Part shown: positions 1 to 9,101 of the stretch, piece after piece | Numbering within the stretch: the first letter of the stretch is position 1 | Layout of the letters: every line of letters starts with the position of its first letter | DNA from: Longimicrobiales bacterium | GTDB taxonomy: Bacteria; Gemmatimonadota; Gemmatimonadetes; Longimicrobiales; Gaopeijiaceae | Direction of reading: 5' to 3' | Length of the DNA stretch: 64,000 bases | Assembly: GCA_965226375.1 (NCBI GenBank) | Contig: CBDDCX010000008.1 | Location: 608,001 to 672,000 of the forward strand | Notes under the pieces: generated by a model | Told to the model about the DNA's origin: nothing | Seen by the model: only the letters and a program-made list of their open reading frames with translations | The model's database searches: none | Position numbers and translations under genes: made by a program

Positions 1-2
1 CT

Positions 3-599
3 ACGTCCTCGCAGGTGAGACGGTTCGCGGACGCGGGGTATCTGGTCCGAGTCAGGCCGAATCGGGACTTCACCCTTCATGACGTCTCCTTTCCCTATTC
101 GCGGCCGGAAGTGGCCACGTTCATCCAGCGGTTGGGCAACCAGTACCGGCGAGCGTGCGGGGAGCAGCTCGTGGTGACGAGCCTTACCAGGCCCACGTCT
201 CTTCAGCCGAGGAACGCCTCCGCGCTCTCCGTCCACCCCACCGGAATGGCCGTCGATCTGAGGAGGAGCGGCAGCTCGACGTGCCGGCGCTGGCTGGAGA
301 GCACACTTCTGTATCTGGAGAAGGCCGGCGTGTTGGAGGCTACTCGGGAACGCACTCCGTCGCACTATCATGTAGCGGTCTTCCCGAGCCAGTATGGCGC
401 GTACGTAGCGAGCCTGACCTCGAAGGCGAGCTCAGGTGATCGAGTCGCCGGCGCCTCGAGGTACACAGTTCGGAACGGCGACTCGCTCTGGACCATCGCC
501 GAGCGACACGGGACGACCGTCTCGCGGCTGCGATCCGCGAACGGGATCCGAGGGAGCCGCATCTTCGCGGGCCAGGTGCTGACCGTTCCTACGAGGTAA
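3..599 (+). CDS. DUF5715-like (peptidase M15-like fold) protein with C-terminal LysM domain; 5' truncated by window edge
   Basis: Frame is open from position 3. Contains VTSLTR...SVHPTGMAVDL...HYH motifs and a LysM (YTVRNGDSLWTIAERHGTTV...IFAGQVL). Confidence 0.7.
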   Translation, partial: TSSQVRRFADAGYLVRVRPNRDFTLHDVSFPYSRPEVATFIQRLGNQYRRACGEQLVVTSLTRPTSLQPRNASALSVHPTGMAVDLRRSGSSTCRRWLESTLLYLEKAGVLEATRERTPSHYHVAVFPSQYGAYVASLTSKASSGDRVAGASRYTVRNGDSLWTIAERHGTTVSRLRSANGIRGSRIFAGQVLTVPTR

Positions 600-603
600 T
601 GGG

Positions 604-1236
604 TTGACGGACGACCCGTCGGAGCCGATCCGGCATAGGGTCTTCTTTACCGCGGACCGCGACGGAGCGGAGCGGTATCAGCTTCTCACCTCGCTCGTAG
701 TTCCCCGACCCATCGGTTGGGTTTCGACGCGGGGAGAAGACGGAACACTCAACCTGGCACCCTTCAGTTTTTTCTCGGCCATCTCGGCCTCGCCCATGCT
801 GGTCAGCCTGTCCATTGGCACCAGAGGAGGTGTCGCCAAGGACTCCCTCCGCAACATCCGCCACCAGGGTGCGTTCTGTGTGAACGTCGTCACCGAAGGG
901 CAGCTGGAGGCTATGAACCAGACCGCGGCGAGTCTGCCCTCCGATCAGGACGAGTTTGCTTTCGCCGGGTTGCCGGTGGCGGTAGCGGAGTCGGTCGAGG
1001 CGCCGTATGTGGCGAACTGTCCGGCCGTCCTCGAGTGTCGGATCTTCAAGGAGGTGGACCTTCATGGCACCGGAACCTTGATCATCGGTGAGGTCATGGC
1101 CGTGCGCCTGGACCCGACCTTGGAGATGATCGAGGGGTCGGCGTTCGTGGACAGCGAGGGGTTGAAGCCCGTCGGGAGACTGTGGGGCTCCGCCTACACA
1201 CTGCTGGGCGAGGTCAAGATTCTCGACCGTCCGTAG
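604..1236 (+). CDS. Flavin reductase family protein
   Basis: VVPRPIGWVST, NLAPFSFF and KDSLRNI motifs. Confidence 0.85.
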   Translation: MTDDPSEPIRHRVFFTADRDGAERYQLLTSLVVPRPIGWVSTRGEDGTLNLAPFSFFSAISASPMLVSLSIGTRGGVAKDSLRNIRHQGAFCVNVVTEGQLEAMNQTAASLPSDQDEFAFAGLPVAVAESVEAPYVANCPAVLECRIFKEVDLHGTGTLIIGEVMAVRLDPTLEMIEGSAFVDSEGLKPVGRLWGSAYTLLGEVKILDRP

Positions 1237-2938
1237 GCTCCCACAGATCCACGATTTTGAAGGCGTCGACATCCACCAACCCCAGATCGGTGATCTTCAA
1301 CGTCGGGATCACCTCCAGCCCCAAGAAGGACATGGCCATGAAGGGATCGTGGAGCGGCGATCCGAGGGCACGGGCCGACTTCACGACTCCGTCCAGGGCG
1401 GTCCTGATCTCTTCGATGCTCGCTTCCGACATGAGTCCCCCGACCGGCAGGGGTAGCTCAGCCAGCACTTGATCGCCGTCTGTGACGGCGAGACCACCCT
1501 CGAGGTGGACGACCCTCTGCACCGCGCATCGCATGGAGACGTCGTCCACACCGATCACGATGATGTTGTGATGGTCGTGGGCCACCGTGCCGGCGATCGC
1601 GCCCCTCCGGAGTCCGATGCCCGTGACTAGGCCCAGTCCCACGCGCCCGCTTCCACTGTGGCGTTCCACGACCGCGATCTTGAGGAGATCCCGATCGATG
1701 TCCGCCACCACTTCGTCCCCCTCGGTCGCTGGCGCCACGACTTCTGATCCCGTCACGATCTGATCCGGGATCGCCCGGATGACTCTCGTCCGTCCGGTCC
1801 GTCGCGGAATGGAGAAGTCGAGCCCTTCGGTCGCAACCACCATGGCAGGCCGTGGCGGGGGAGGGGCAGCGGCCTTCGCCCACAGAGGCCTGCCGTCTTG
1901 CGCCACGAGCGTCCCACCGGAGAAAACCAAACGGGCCCGCAGCTCGAGAAGCGATGGGACGACAACCAGGTCGGCGCGCCGTCCTGGGGCGACGGCGCCG
2001 CGGTCGTGGAGACCGAAGTATTCGGCTGGGTTGAGCGTCGCCAATCCGATGGCCTCGATCGGATCGACGCCCTCGGCGATCAGGGTGCGGAGCATTCCGT
2101 CGACACCCCCTTCGTCCAGGAGGTCGGCGGGCTGGCGATCGTCGGTGCACAGCGCAATCCGCCGGCGTGATCGCGGTGTCAGTGCTGGGAGCAGCGCCAA
2201 CAGGTTTCTGGCGTTGGTCGCCTCGCGAAAGAATACCCACAGGCCGCGGCGCAACTTCTCCAGCGCTTCTTCCGGAGTCGTGCACTCGTGATCGGACCGT
2301 GGGCCCGAGGCGACGTAGGCGTTCAGAGCCTTGCCGCTCACTCCGGGGGCGTGTCCGTCGATGACTCTCCCGTCAAAGGCCGCCAACTTCTCCAGCACGT
2401 CGGGGGCTCCGTTAATGGCACCCGGAAAGTTCATGAGCTCGGCCAGACCCAACATTCGAGGGTGATCGAGAGACGCCAGGTCTTCTGCGTCCAGAACCGC
2501 CCCCGCGGTACCCATGTGGGTCGCCGGCACGCAGGAGCTGGCCATTACGAAGGTCGACAGGGGCAGGCCTTCGCTGGCGGCCAGCATATACCGTATGCCC
2601 TCCAGCCCGTGGACGTTGGCGATCTCATGGGGATCGGAGACCACCGTGGTGGTGCCTCCCGGCACCACGGCTCGCGCGAACTCCGGGGGAGTCGCGAGGC
2701 TCGATTCGATGTGGACGTGTGCATCGATGAGGCCGGGGAGCACGAACTGTCCGGCCAGGTCCAGAGTCTCGGAGGCCTCATAGTCGGGGCCGACACCCGC
2801 GATCCAGGAGCCGCAGATGGCGATGTCCGTCTCCTCTACCTCTTCCGTCAAGACGTTGACGACACGCGCGTTTGTGAACCGCAGGTCCGCGGGCCGATCA
2901 CCTCGTGCTACGGCCAGCACCGTCGTTAGATCGTTCAT
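1214..2938 (-). CDS. ade: Adenine deaminase
   Basis: PGLIDAHVHIESS, DPHEIANV, IDGHAP, SDHEC, CTDD and VAHDHHN motifs. Start placed at ATG 2938 (MNDL). Confidence 0.92.
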   Translation of the reverse strand: MNDLTTVLAVARGDRPADLRFTNARVVNVLTEEVEETDIAICGSWIAGVGPDYEASETLDLAGQFVLPGLIDAHVHIESSLATPPEFARAVVPGGTTTVVSDPHEIANVHGLEGIRYMLAASEGLPLSTFVMASSCVPATHMGTAGAVLDAEDLASLDHPRMLGLAELMNFPGAINGAPDVLEKLAAFDGRVIDGHAPGVSGKALNAYVASGPRSDHECTTPEEALEKLRRGLWVFFREATNARNLLALLPALTPRSRRRIALCTDDRQPADLLDEGGVDGMLRTLIAEGVDPIEAIGLATLNPAEYFGLHDRGAVAPGRRADLVVVPSLLELRARLVFSGGTLVAQDGRPLWAKAAAPPPPRPAMVVATEGLDFSIPRRTGRTRVIRAIPDQIVTGSEVVAPATEGDEVVADIDRDLLKIAVVERHSGSGRVGLGLVTGIGLRRGAIAGTVAHDHHNIIVIGVDDVSMRCAVQRVVHLEGGLAVTDGDQVLAELPLPVGGLMSEASIEEIRTALDGVVKSARALGSPLHDPFMAMSFLGLEVIPTLKITDLGLVDVDAFKIVDLWEPTDGRES

Positions 2939-3022
2939 GGCGGACAATATACGGTCGAGACTCGGCTTGGCGCCCCCGGCCCGCGCCGGAATCAGCCCTT
3001 GCAAAATGCCAAACCCACAGCG

Positions 3023-3051
3023 TTGCACTCTGCGATAGTCAGTTGTACCGT
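3023..3051 (+). promoter_or_regulatory. Putative sigma70-type promoter for the pilS-pilR operon
   Basis: TTGCAC-N17-TACCGT in the divergent intergenic region. Confidence 0.4.
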
Positions 3052-3104
3052 GAAGAGATGCTCCCCGACACCGCGGGAGCTATTTCCCGGGAACGGAGGC
3101 CGGC

Positions 3105-4787
3105 CTGAACAAGGAAGCAGCGCCCAGAGCCGAGTTCGGCAGAAGCGAGCTTCTCCGATGGCTGTATGTGGGTCGCATGACCCTCGCCGCCGGGATTCTC
3201 CTGGGAATCCTCGTGGCCTGGGAGTCGGCGCCGCCGCAAGCAAGTCGCACCGCGACGCTGATGTTCCTCGCGGCGCTTGCGGTGACCCTTGGGTCTGCCT
3301 GGCACACACATTTCCGTGGCCGCCCCGTCGGGCACAACTTTCTCTATACCCATGTGATTCTCGACGTCGCTCTGGTGACGACCATCGTCCACATCACCAC
3401 TGTGGGTGACGAAGTCGTATTCGCCCCCCTCTATATTCTCGTGATCACCGAGGGCGCGCTTCTCCTGCCCCTTCCGGGAGGTGTGCTCATCGGTGCATTG
3501 GCGGCGATCGTCTATTTTGCCGATCTGGTCTGGGGCCATCCGGGAGTGCCGCCTGCCGGCGCCGTCAGCCTGCAGATCGGGCTCTTTGCCGGTGTGGCTC
3601 TCATCACGGGCTGGCTGGGTGATCGGGTACGCCGGACCGGTCTCGCCCTGGGTGCGGCTCGGACGGAGCTGGCGCGCCTTCGCCTCGACAAGGGAGACAT
3701 CCTCGCCAACATCTCGACCGGCGTCCTCACCCTCGTGCAGGGTAATCGCCTGGCTTACCTGAACCCGGCAGCTGAGGAGCTTCTGGGTTTCCCACTGGAA
3801 AAGTGGGAGGGGTCCGTAATCCTCGACGCCGTGGATGAGGTGGCTCCCGGCCTCGCTCAGGCCCTCCGAAGCACGGTGGAGCGGCGCAGGCCGGTTCATC
3901 GGGTCAAGACGCCTGCCAAGCAAGCGGGAGGTCGTGAGATCACTCTCGGGATCAGTACCACCGTGCTCGAAGGCGCCGAAGGAGAAGAACCGTCGGTGAC
4001 GGCCATCTTCCAGGACATCACCGAGCTCGAGCGGGTGGAGCTCCTCAACCGCCAGAACGAGCGACTGGAAGCTGTGGCCGAGCTCAGCGCTTCGCTCGCT
4101 CACGAGATCAAGAATCCGCTGGCGTCGATCCGTAGCGCCGTCGAGCAGTTGGACAACCAGGGTCTCGCCGGTGATGACCGGGCGCTGCTCCAGCGACTGG
4201 TCCTCTCCGAGTCGGATCGGTTGAGCCGGTTACTCAGCGAGTTCCTCGAATTCTCGGGAATGCAGATCAACGCCGAGGCCGGCGTCGACTTCGCGCGCGT
4301 AGTCCGAGATGCCATCGTGCTGGTCAAGCAGCATCCGGACGCCGAGACGGGGGGTGTCATCGAGTGCGTGGGTGTCGACGAACCCCTGACACTCCCGGGT
4401 GACTCCGATCTCCTACACCGGTTGGTCGTCAATCTCATCTTGAATGCGGTCCAATTCAGTGGTCCGGAGGGCTGTGTGCGGATCTCTCTTCAGGATTGCT
4501 CGGGCCGGGGACAGCCGCGCGGCACGGGGGTCGACAACCCCGTACGCCTGAGCGTACAGGACTCGGGCCCCGGGATCAGAAGCGAAGACCTGGGACGGAT
4601 CTTCGATCCCTTCTTCACCACCCGGGACGGGGGAAGCGGCCTGGGCTTGGCTGTGGTGCACCGGGCGGTCAAGGCACACGAAGGCACGCTCTTCGTGGAG
4701 GATGCGGCCGATGGCGGAGCCCACTTTATCGTCTACTTGCCGGGCGCGACCACCGTAGCCGCCCCGACCGGGAGTGCAACATCATGA
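3105..4787 (+). CDS. pilS: PilS-like membrane sensor histidine kinase (multi-TM, PAS, HisKA, HATPase)
   Basis: H-box LAHEIKNPL, N-box NLILNA, DSGPG, FDPFFTT, GSGLGL, and about 6 TM segments. The frame extends upstream of GTG 3168 (ELLRWLYVGRM) to a CTG at 3105 preceded by GGAGG. Confidence 0.8.
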   Translation: MNKEAAPRAEFGRSELLRWLYVGRMTLAAGILLGILVAWESAPPQASRTATLMFLAALAVTLGSAWHTHFRGRPVGHNFLYTHVILDVALVTTIVHITTVGDEVVFAPLYILVITEGALLLPLPGGVLIGALAAIVYFADLVWGHPGVPPAGAVSLQIGLFAGVALITGWLGDRVRRTGLALGAARTELARLRLDKGDILANISTGVLTLVQGNRLAYLNPAAEELLGFPLEKWEGSVILDAVDEVAPGLAQALRSTVERRRPVHRVKTPAKQAGGREITLGISTTVLEGAEGEEPSVTAIFQDITELERVELLNRQNERLEAVAELSASLAHEIKNPLASIRSAVEQLDNQGLAGDDRALLQRLVLSESDRLSRLLSEFLEFSGMQINAEAGVDFARVVRDAIVLVKQHPDAETGGVIECVGVDEPLTLPGDSDLLHRLVVNLILNAVQFSGPEGCVRISLQDCSGRGQPRGTGVDNPVRLSVQDSGPGIRSEDLGRIFDPFFTTRDGGSGLGLAVVHRAVKAHEGTLFVEDAADGGAHFIVYLPGATTVAAPTGSATS

Positions 4788-6145
4788 GCAGCGCCACGAA
4801 AATTCTGCTGGTGGACGACGAGACCGGCATCCTCGATACGTTACGCATTCTCTTCCGCGGCGAGGGGTACGACGTGGTGTCCGCTCTCAGCGGCCGCGAA
4901 GCCCTGGAGGCGCTGCCCGAGCAAACTCCCGACATCGTGCTCACCGACATCCGCATGCCCGGAACCTCGGGTCTCGAGGTGATGGCAAAGGCGCACGAGA
5001 TCGATCCGGAGGTGGCGGTCATCCTGATGACGGCTCAGGCGTCTCTGCAGTCGGCTGTTCGGGCGGTGAACGAAGGGGCCTACTACTACCTGCAGAAACC
5101 CTTTGCGAATGACGAGTTGTTGGCCATCTGTCGCCGTGCTGCTGAGGCCCGAGAGCTACGTGTCGAGAACAAGGCCCTCAAGAAGGAGATCCGACGGAGG
5201 TCCAAGGCACCCAGCGGCAGACCCGTGGGAAAGAGCCGTTCGTTCGTCGAGGTACTCGAGCTGGGAGAGACCGTCGCCCCTACGGAGTCGACCGTGCTCA
5301 TCAGCGGTGAGAGCGGGTCGGGTAAGGAAGTGCTCGCCCGGTATATACACGGCCTGAGCCAGCGAGCCGAATCGCTCTTTTCTTCTCTGAACTGTGGGGC
5401 CCTTCCGGAGGGTCTCCTGGAAAGCGAGCTCTTCGGGCACACCAAGGGGTCGTTTACGGGAGCCGTGAAGGACAAGATGGGGCTCTTGGAGGCGGCCGCC
5501 GGGGGAACCCTCTTTCTCGATGAAATCGGTGAGATGTCCCCAGCCACCCAGGTGAGGCTGCTCCGAGCTCTCCAGGAGCGCGAGGTCATCCCGGTGGGGT
5601 CCACGGAGCCGGTCGCCATCGACGTCAGAATCATGGCAGCCACGAACCGAGATCTCAACGAGGAGATCCGCAAGGGGACTTTCCGGAGCGACCTCTACTA
5701 CAGGCTCAACGTCATTGCCCTTCATCTTCCTCCGCTACGGGAGCGCCGGGAAGACATCCCCCTACTCGCCCACCACTTTCTGGATGTGATCGTGGGAGAC
5801 GACGGGGACAAGAGCTTGGGGAAAGAGATCATGGACGTGTTGTCCGCCTATGACTGGCCGGGCAACGTGCGAGAGCTGGAGAACGCGCTCGAGAGGGCGA
5901 CGGTGGTGGCGGCCGGCTCGCCTATCGGGCCCTCTGATCTTCCGGAAAGGGTCCGGAACGAGCACACACCACCCCTGGTGAACGACCAGCTGCCCCCCAA
6001 TCCGTCCATGGAGGTCATCGAGCGGGCCTACATCCAATGGGTACTCGTGGCCGAGGGCGGCAATAAGACGAGGGCGGCGGAAGTCCTCGGCATCGATCCA
6101 TCCACTCTGTATCGCAAGTTGAATCGGTACGGGATCGAGGTCTGA
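4784..6145 (+). CDS. pilR: PilR-like sigma54-dependent response regulator (REC-AAA+-HTH)
   Basis: ATGA overlap with the kinase. [44 protein letters not shown] and a Fis-type HTH. Pilin genes lie downstream. Confidence 0.85.
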   Translation: MSSATKILLVDDETGILDTLRILFRGEGYDVVSALSGREALEALPEQTPDIVLTDIRMPGTSGLEVMAKAHEIDPEVAVILMTAQASLQSAVRAVNEGAYYYLQKPFANDELLAICRRAAEARELRVENKALKKEIRRRSKAPSGRPVGKSRSFVEVLELGETVAPTESTVLISGESGSGKEVLARYIHGLSQRAESLFSSLNCGALPEGLLESELFGHTKGSFTGAVKDKMGLLEAAAGGTLFLDEIGEMSPATQVRLLRALQEREVIPVGSTEPVAIDVRIMAATNRDLNEEIRKGTFRSDLYYRLNVIALHLPPLRERREDIPLLAHHFLDVIVGDDGDKSLGKEIMDVLSAYDWPGNVRELENALERATVVAAGSPIGPSDLPERVRNEHTPPLVNDQLPPNPSMEVIERAYIQWVLVAEGGNKTRAAEVLGIDPSTLYRKLNRYGIEV

Positions 6146-6236
6146 TGTTGTCCAAGGGCCGCTCCCGATCGGCGGGCCGTCACATACGCACCGAGGTGTC
6201 TCTCAGGGGCACACAACGAACAAGGATGCGAACGGC

Positions 6237-7259
6237 ATGAGCATGCTCCAATTCCGGGAGATCGACCCCAAGCGGTATGACGATCTCGCATGGGATCGCG
6301 TGAGACTATCGGTGGTGATTCCCGCCTACAACGAGATCAAGACGGTGGAAAAGCTGCTGCGGCGCGTACGCGAGGTGCGACTCCACCTAGAGGTCATCGT
6401 GGTCGACGACGGCTCTACGGACGGGACTCGCGACCTGCTGCAGGATCTGACCGATCAGGGCCTGATCGATGTCCTCGTGTTCCAAGAGGTGAACCAGGGA
6501 AAGGGCGCGGCATTACGGGCGGGATTCGAGAGGGCCACGGGCGACATCATCGCCATTCAGGACGCGGATCTGGAATACGATCCTCTAGAGCTTCCCATGC
6601 TCATGGAACCCATCCTAGCCGGCAAGGCCGACGCGGTATACGGCTCCCGTTTTCTGGGGGGCCCTCACCGGGTGCTCTTCTTCTGGCACATGATGGGGAA
6701 TCGGTTCCTGACCCTGCTCAGCAACATGTTCACGGACCTGAACCTCACCGACATGGAGACCTGCTACAAAGTCGTACAGGCGGATCTCCTGAAGCGACTT
6801 CCCCTGACCGCCAACCGCTTCGGCTTCGAGCCCGAGGTGACGGCCCGTCTCGCAAGGTCGCAGGCGAGGATCTACGAGATGCCCATCAGCTATGACGGTC
6901 GGTCGTACGCAGAGGGGAAGAAAATCAATTGGAAGGACGGGGTTGCGGCTATCTACTACATCCTGCGCTCCAATCTCCTGGGGTCACGGCCGGAGCCGTG
7001 GCAGCCTCCGAAGGTTCAGCTGTGGGAGGGTCGGGCCCTCTCGGAGCCGAAGCGTCCTGCACTGGTTTCCGGCCCGGCGGCGGTCGCCGGCGAATCGTCG
7101 GGTGCCGATGACGACGGCGGCGGTGGGTTACAGAATGAACCTGCCCCCGGCGGGTCACGGAATGAACCCGTCCCTGGCGGGTCACGGAATGAACCCGCCC
7201 CTGGCGGCTCAGAGGATGAACCCGCCACACATGGATCGGAGCCCGACGATCAAGGCTGA
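6237..7259 (+). CDS. GT2 glycosyltransferase, polyprenol-phosphate mannose synthase (DPM1-like) family, with low-complexity C-terminal tail
   Basis: [42 protein letters not shown] and GKKINWKDG motifs. Confidence 0.85.
   Translation: MSMLQFREIDPKRYDDLAWDRVRLSVVIPAYNEIKTVEKLLRRVREVRLHLEVIVVDDGSTDGTRDLLQDLTDQGLIDVLVFQEVNQGKGAALRAGFERATGDIIAIQDADLEYDPLELPMLMEPILAGKADAVYGSRFLGGPHRVLFFWHMMGNRFLTLLSNMFTDLNLTDMETCYKVVQADLLKRLPLTANRFGFEPEVTARLARSQARIYEMPISYDGRSYAEGKKINWKDGVAAIYYILRSNLLGSRPEPWQPPKVQLWEGRALSEPKRPALVSGPAAVAGESSGADDDGGGGLQNEPAPGGSRNEPVPGGSRNEPAPGGSEDEPATHGSEPDDQG
7133..7240 (+). repeat. 27-bp in-frame tandem repeat (3 good copies plus 1 degenerate) encoding NEP(A/V)PGGS(R/E)
   Basis: Unit gaatgaacccg(c/t)ccctggcgggtcacg, starting at 7133, 7160, 7187 and 7214. 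Confidence 0.9.
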
Positions 7260-7277
7260 CCGGGGTACCCCATCCCT

Positions 7278-9101
7278 GTGATGGAGACGGGCGGCATTCC
7301 GCCGAAGAGGGCGGCGGTGCTGATTCTCATCGCGTCTGTGGCCGCGTACGCCAACTCCGTTGCGAACGACTTCGCGTACGACGACAACACCATCATCCGT
7401 GGTAATGCCGTCGTCACCGAGGGGCGGGTCCGCGATGCCTTGAGTTCCCCCTCTTGGCCCGATATGGGGGATGGAGTCGGGCTCTATCGGCCCATCACCT
7501 CGGCCAGCTACGCCGCAGAGTGGAAGTTCTGGAACGGTCATCCTGCCGGGTTCCATGCGGGCAACGTCGCGGCCCATGCGGCGGTTTCGATCTTGGTCTT
7601 CCTCGTCATACTGGCGTTGTCAGCACCTCTCCCTGCGCTGGTTGGCGGAATGCTGTTCGCTCTCCACCCCGTCCATACCGAGGCCGTGGCGAATGTGGTG
7701 GGCAGGGCCGAGCTCTACTCGGCCCTCTTCGTGATGGCGGCGTGCCTGGTATTCACATATTGGGAAAGCGCTTCAGCTCTCGTTCGCGTCGGCCGGCTCC
7801 TGGCCATCGGGGCCTTGTTCGTTCTTGGTTTGGGTTCCAAGGAGATGGCCGCGACTCTCCCGGCGGTGCTCGTTCTCCTCGCCGTGTTGCGGGACGACGA
7901 CGCAACGCCGGTGAAGCGTGTCCTTTCCGATGCTCCCGTCTTTCTGCTGACGGCAACACTGCTCGTGGCATTCCTCGGCTCTCGGATCCTGGTGATCGGA
8001 TCTGTAGCTGGGGAGGCCCCGGCTGCCTATCTGACCGGGCTCTCGACCGGGGAGAGAGTCCTTACGTCCCTGTCGGTCTGGCCACACTACTTCCGGCTCC
8101 TCCTCTTTCCCCTCGATCTGGTGGCCGACTACGGACCGGCCGTTCTCTTCCCGGCGTTGAGTTGGGGTCCAGACGTGGTCCTGGGCATCGTGATGGTCGC
8201 CTGCGGCGCCGTCGCGGCCGTTTGGATGTGGTCCAGGGAGCCGCTCGTCACTCTAGGGCTGTGTTGGTTTGCCGTGACCATCCTGCCGGTCACCAACCTC
8301 CTTTTTCCCACCGGGATCCTGCTGGCCGAGCGGACGCTCTACCTGCCCTCCGTGGGATTCGCGTTCGTTGCGGCCGGATTGGTCCGGTGGACGGCGCGGG
8401 AGAGGCCTCGTTCGCTTGGCATGCTGCTGGTTGCCCTTGGCACGGTCGGAACCGCCTTCATGGCGCGCACGGTCCTGAGAAACCCCTCCTGGATGAGCAC
8501 CTACACCATGTTGAGCACGCTCACCGAAGCGCATCCCGAGTCCTTCCTGGCCATTCGAGCGCGAGCCCGCGGCCTGGACGAAGTCGGAGAAGTGGAGGAG
8601 GCTGCGCGCCACTACGAGGTGGCCGTCGAGCTCGTTCCCGGTGACTACAGTCTTCTCGTCGAGGCGGCGAGGTTCTACGGAAGCCACGAAGGATGGTCGG
8701 ACGCCGAGGGTCTGCTCAGACGGGCCATCAATGTATCTCCTGCGCACCCGGTGCCATGGCAGGTCCTCTCGGAACACAAGCTTCTGCAGGGTCTGGGGCG
8801 GGAGGGTCACGGGATCGCCCTCCAGGGTCTGGCCGTGGTCGGCGCGCACCGGGATCTTTGGACGCTCGTGTCCGAGAGTTACGTGGCCAAGGGTGATTTC
8901 GAGGCGGCCATCCGGGCCCGATGGGCGGCCTTCGGTGCGGGGGCGCCCAACGCAGAGGCATGGAGGCGCATGGCACAACTCATGGAGCTTGCCGGCCGCA
9001 CGGATGAGGCTGCCGCGGCCGAGCAGCAGGCTCGAAGTTTGCCGACCGGCGACAGTGATCCGCGTGGTGCTCTGCAGCAGACTGATGGAGGCCGGCGCTG
9101 A
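7278..9101 (+). CDS. TMTC-like GT-C protein O-glycosyltransferase (multi-TM plus C-terminal TPR-like repeats), copy 1
   Basis: NDFAYDD, YRPIT, FALHPVHTEAVANVVGRAE, SKE and AERTLYLPS motifs match the TMTC/DUF1736 pattern. Helical TPR-like tail. Confidence 0.8.
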   Translation: MMETGGIPPKRAAVLILIASVAAYANSVANDFAYDDNTIIRGNAVVTEGRVRDALSSPSWPDMGDGVGLYRPITSASYAAEWKFWNGHPAGFHAGNVAAHAAVSILVFLVILALSAPLPALVGGMLFALHPVHTEAVANVVGRAELYSALFVMAACLVFTYWESASALVRVGRLLAIGALFVLGLGSKEMAATLPAVLVLLAVLRDDDATPVKRVLSDAPVFLLTATLLVAFLGSRILVIGSVAGEAPAAYLTGLSTGERVLTSLSVWPHYFRLLLFPLDLVADYGPAVLFPALSWGPDVVLGIVMVACGAVAAVWMWSREPLVTLGLCWFAVTILPVTNLLFPTGILLAERTLYLPSVGFAFVAAGLVRWTARERPRSLGMLLVALGTVGTAFMARTVLRNPSWMSTYTMLSTLTEAHPESFLAIRARARGLDEVGEVEEAARHYEVAVELVPGDYSLLVEAARFYGSHEGWSDAEGLLRRAINVSPAHPVPWQVLSEHKLLQGLGREGHGIALQGLAVVGAHRDLWTLVSESYVAKGDFEAAIRARWAAFGAGAPNAEAWRRMAQLMELAGRTDEAAAAEQQARSLPTGDSDPRGALQQTDGGRR

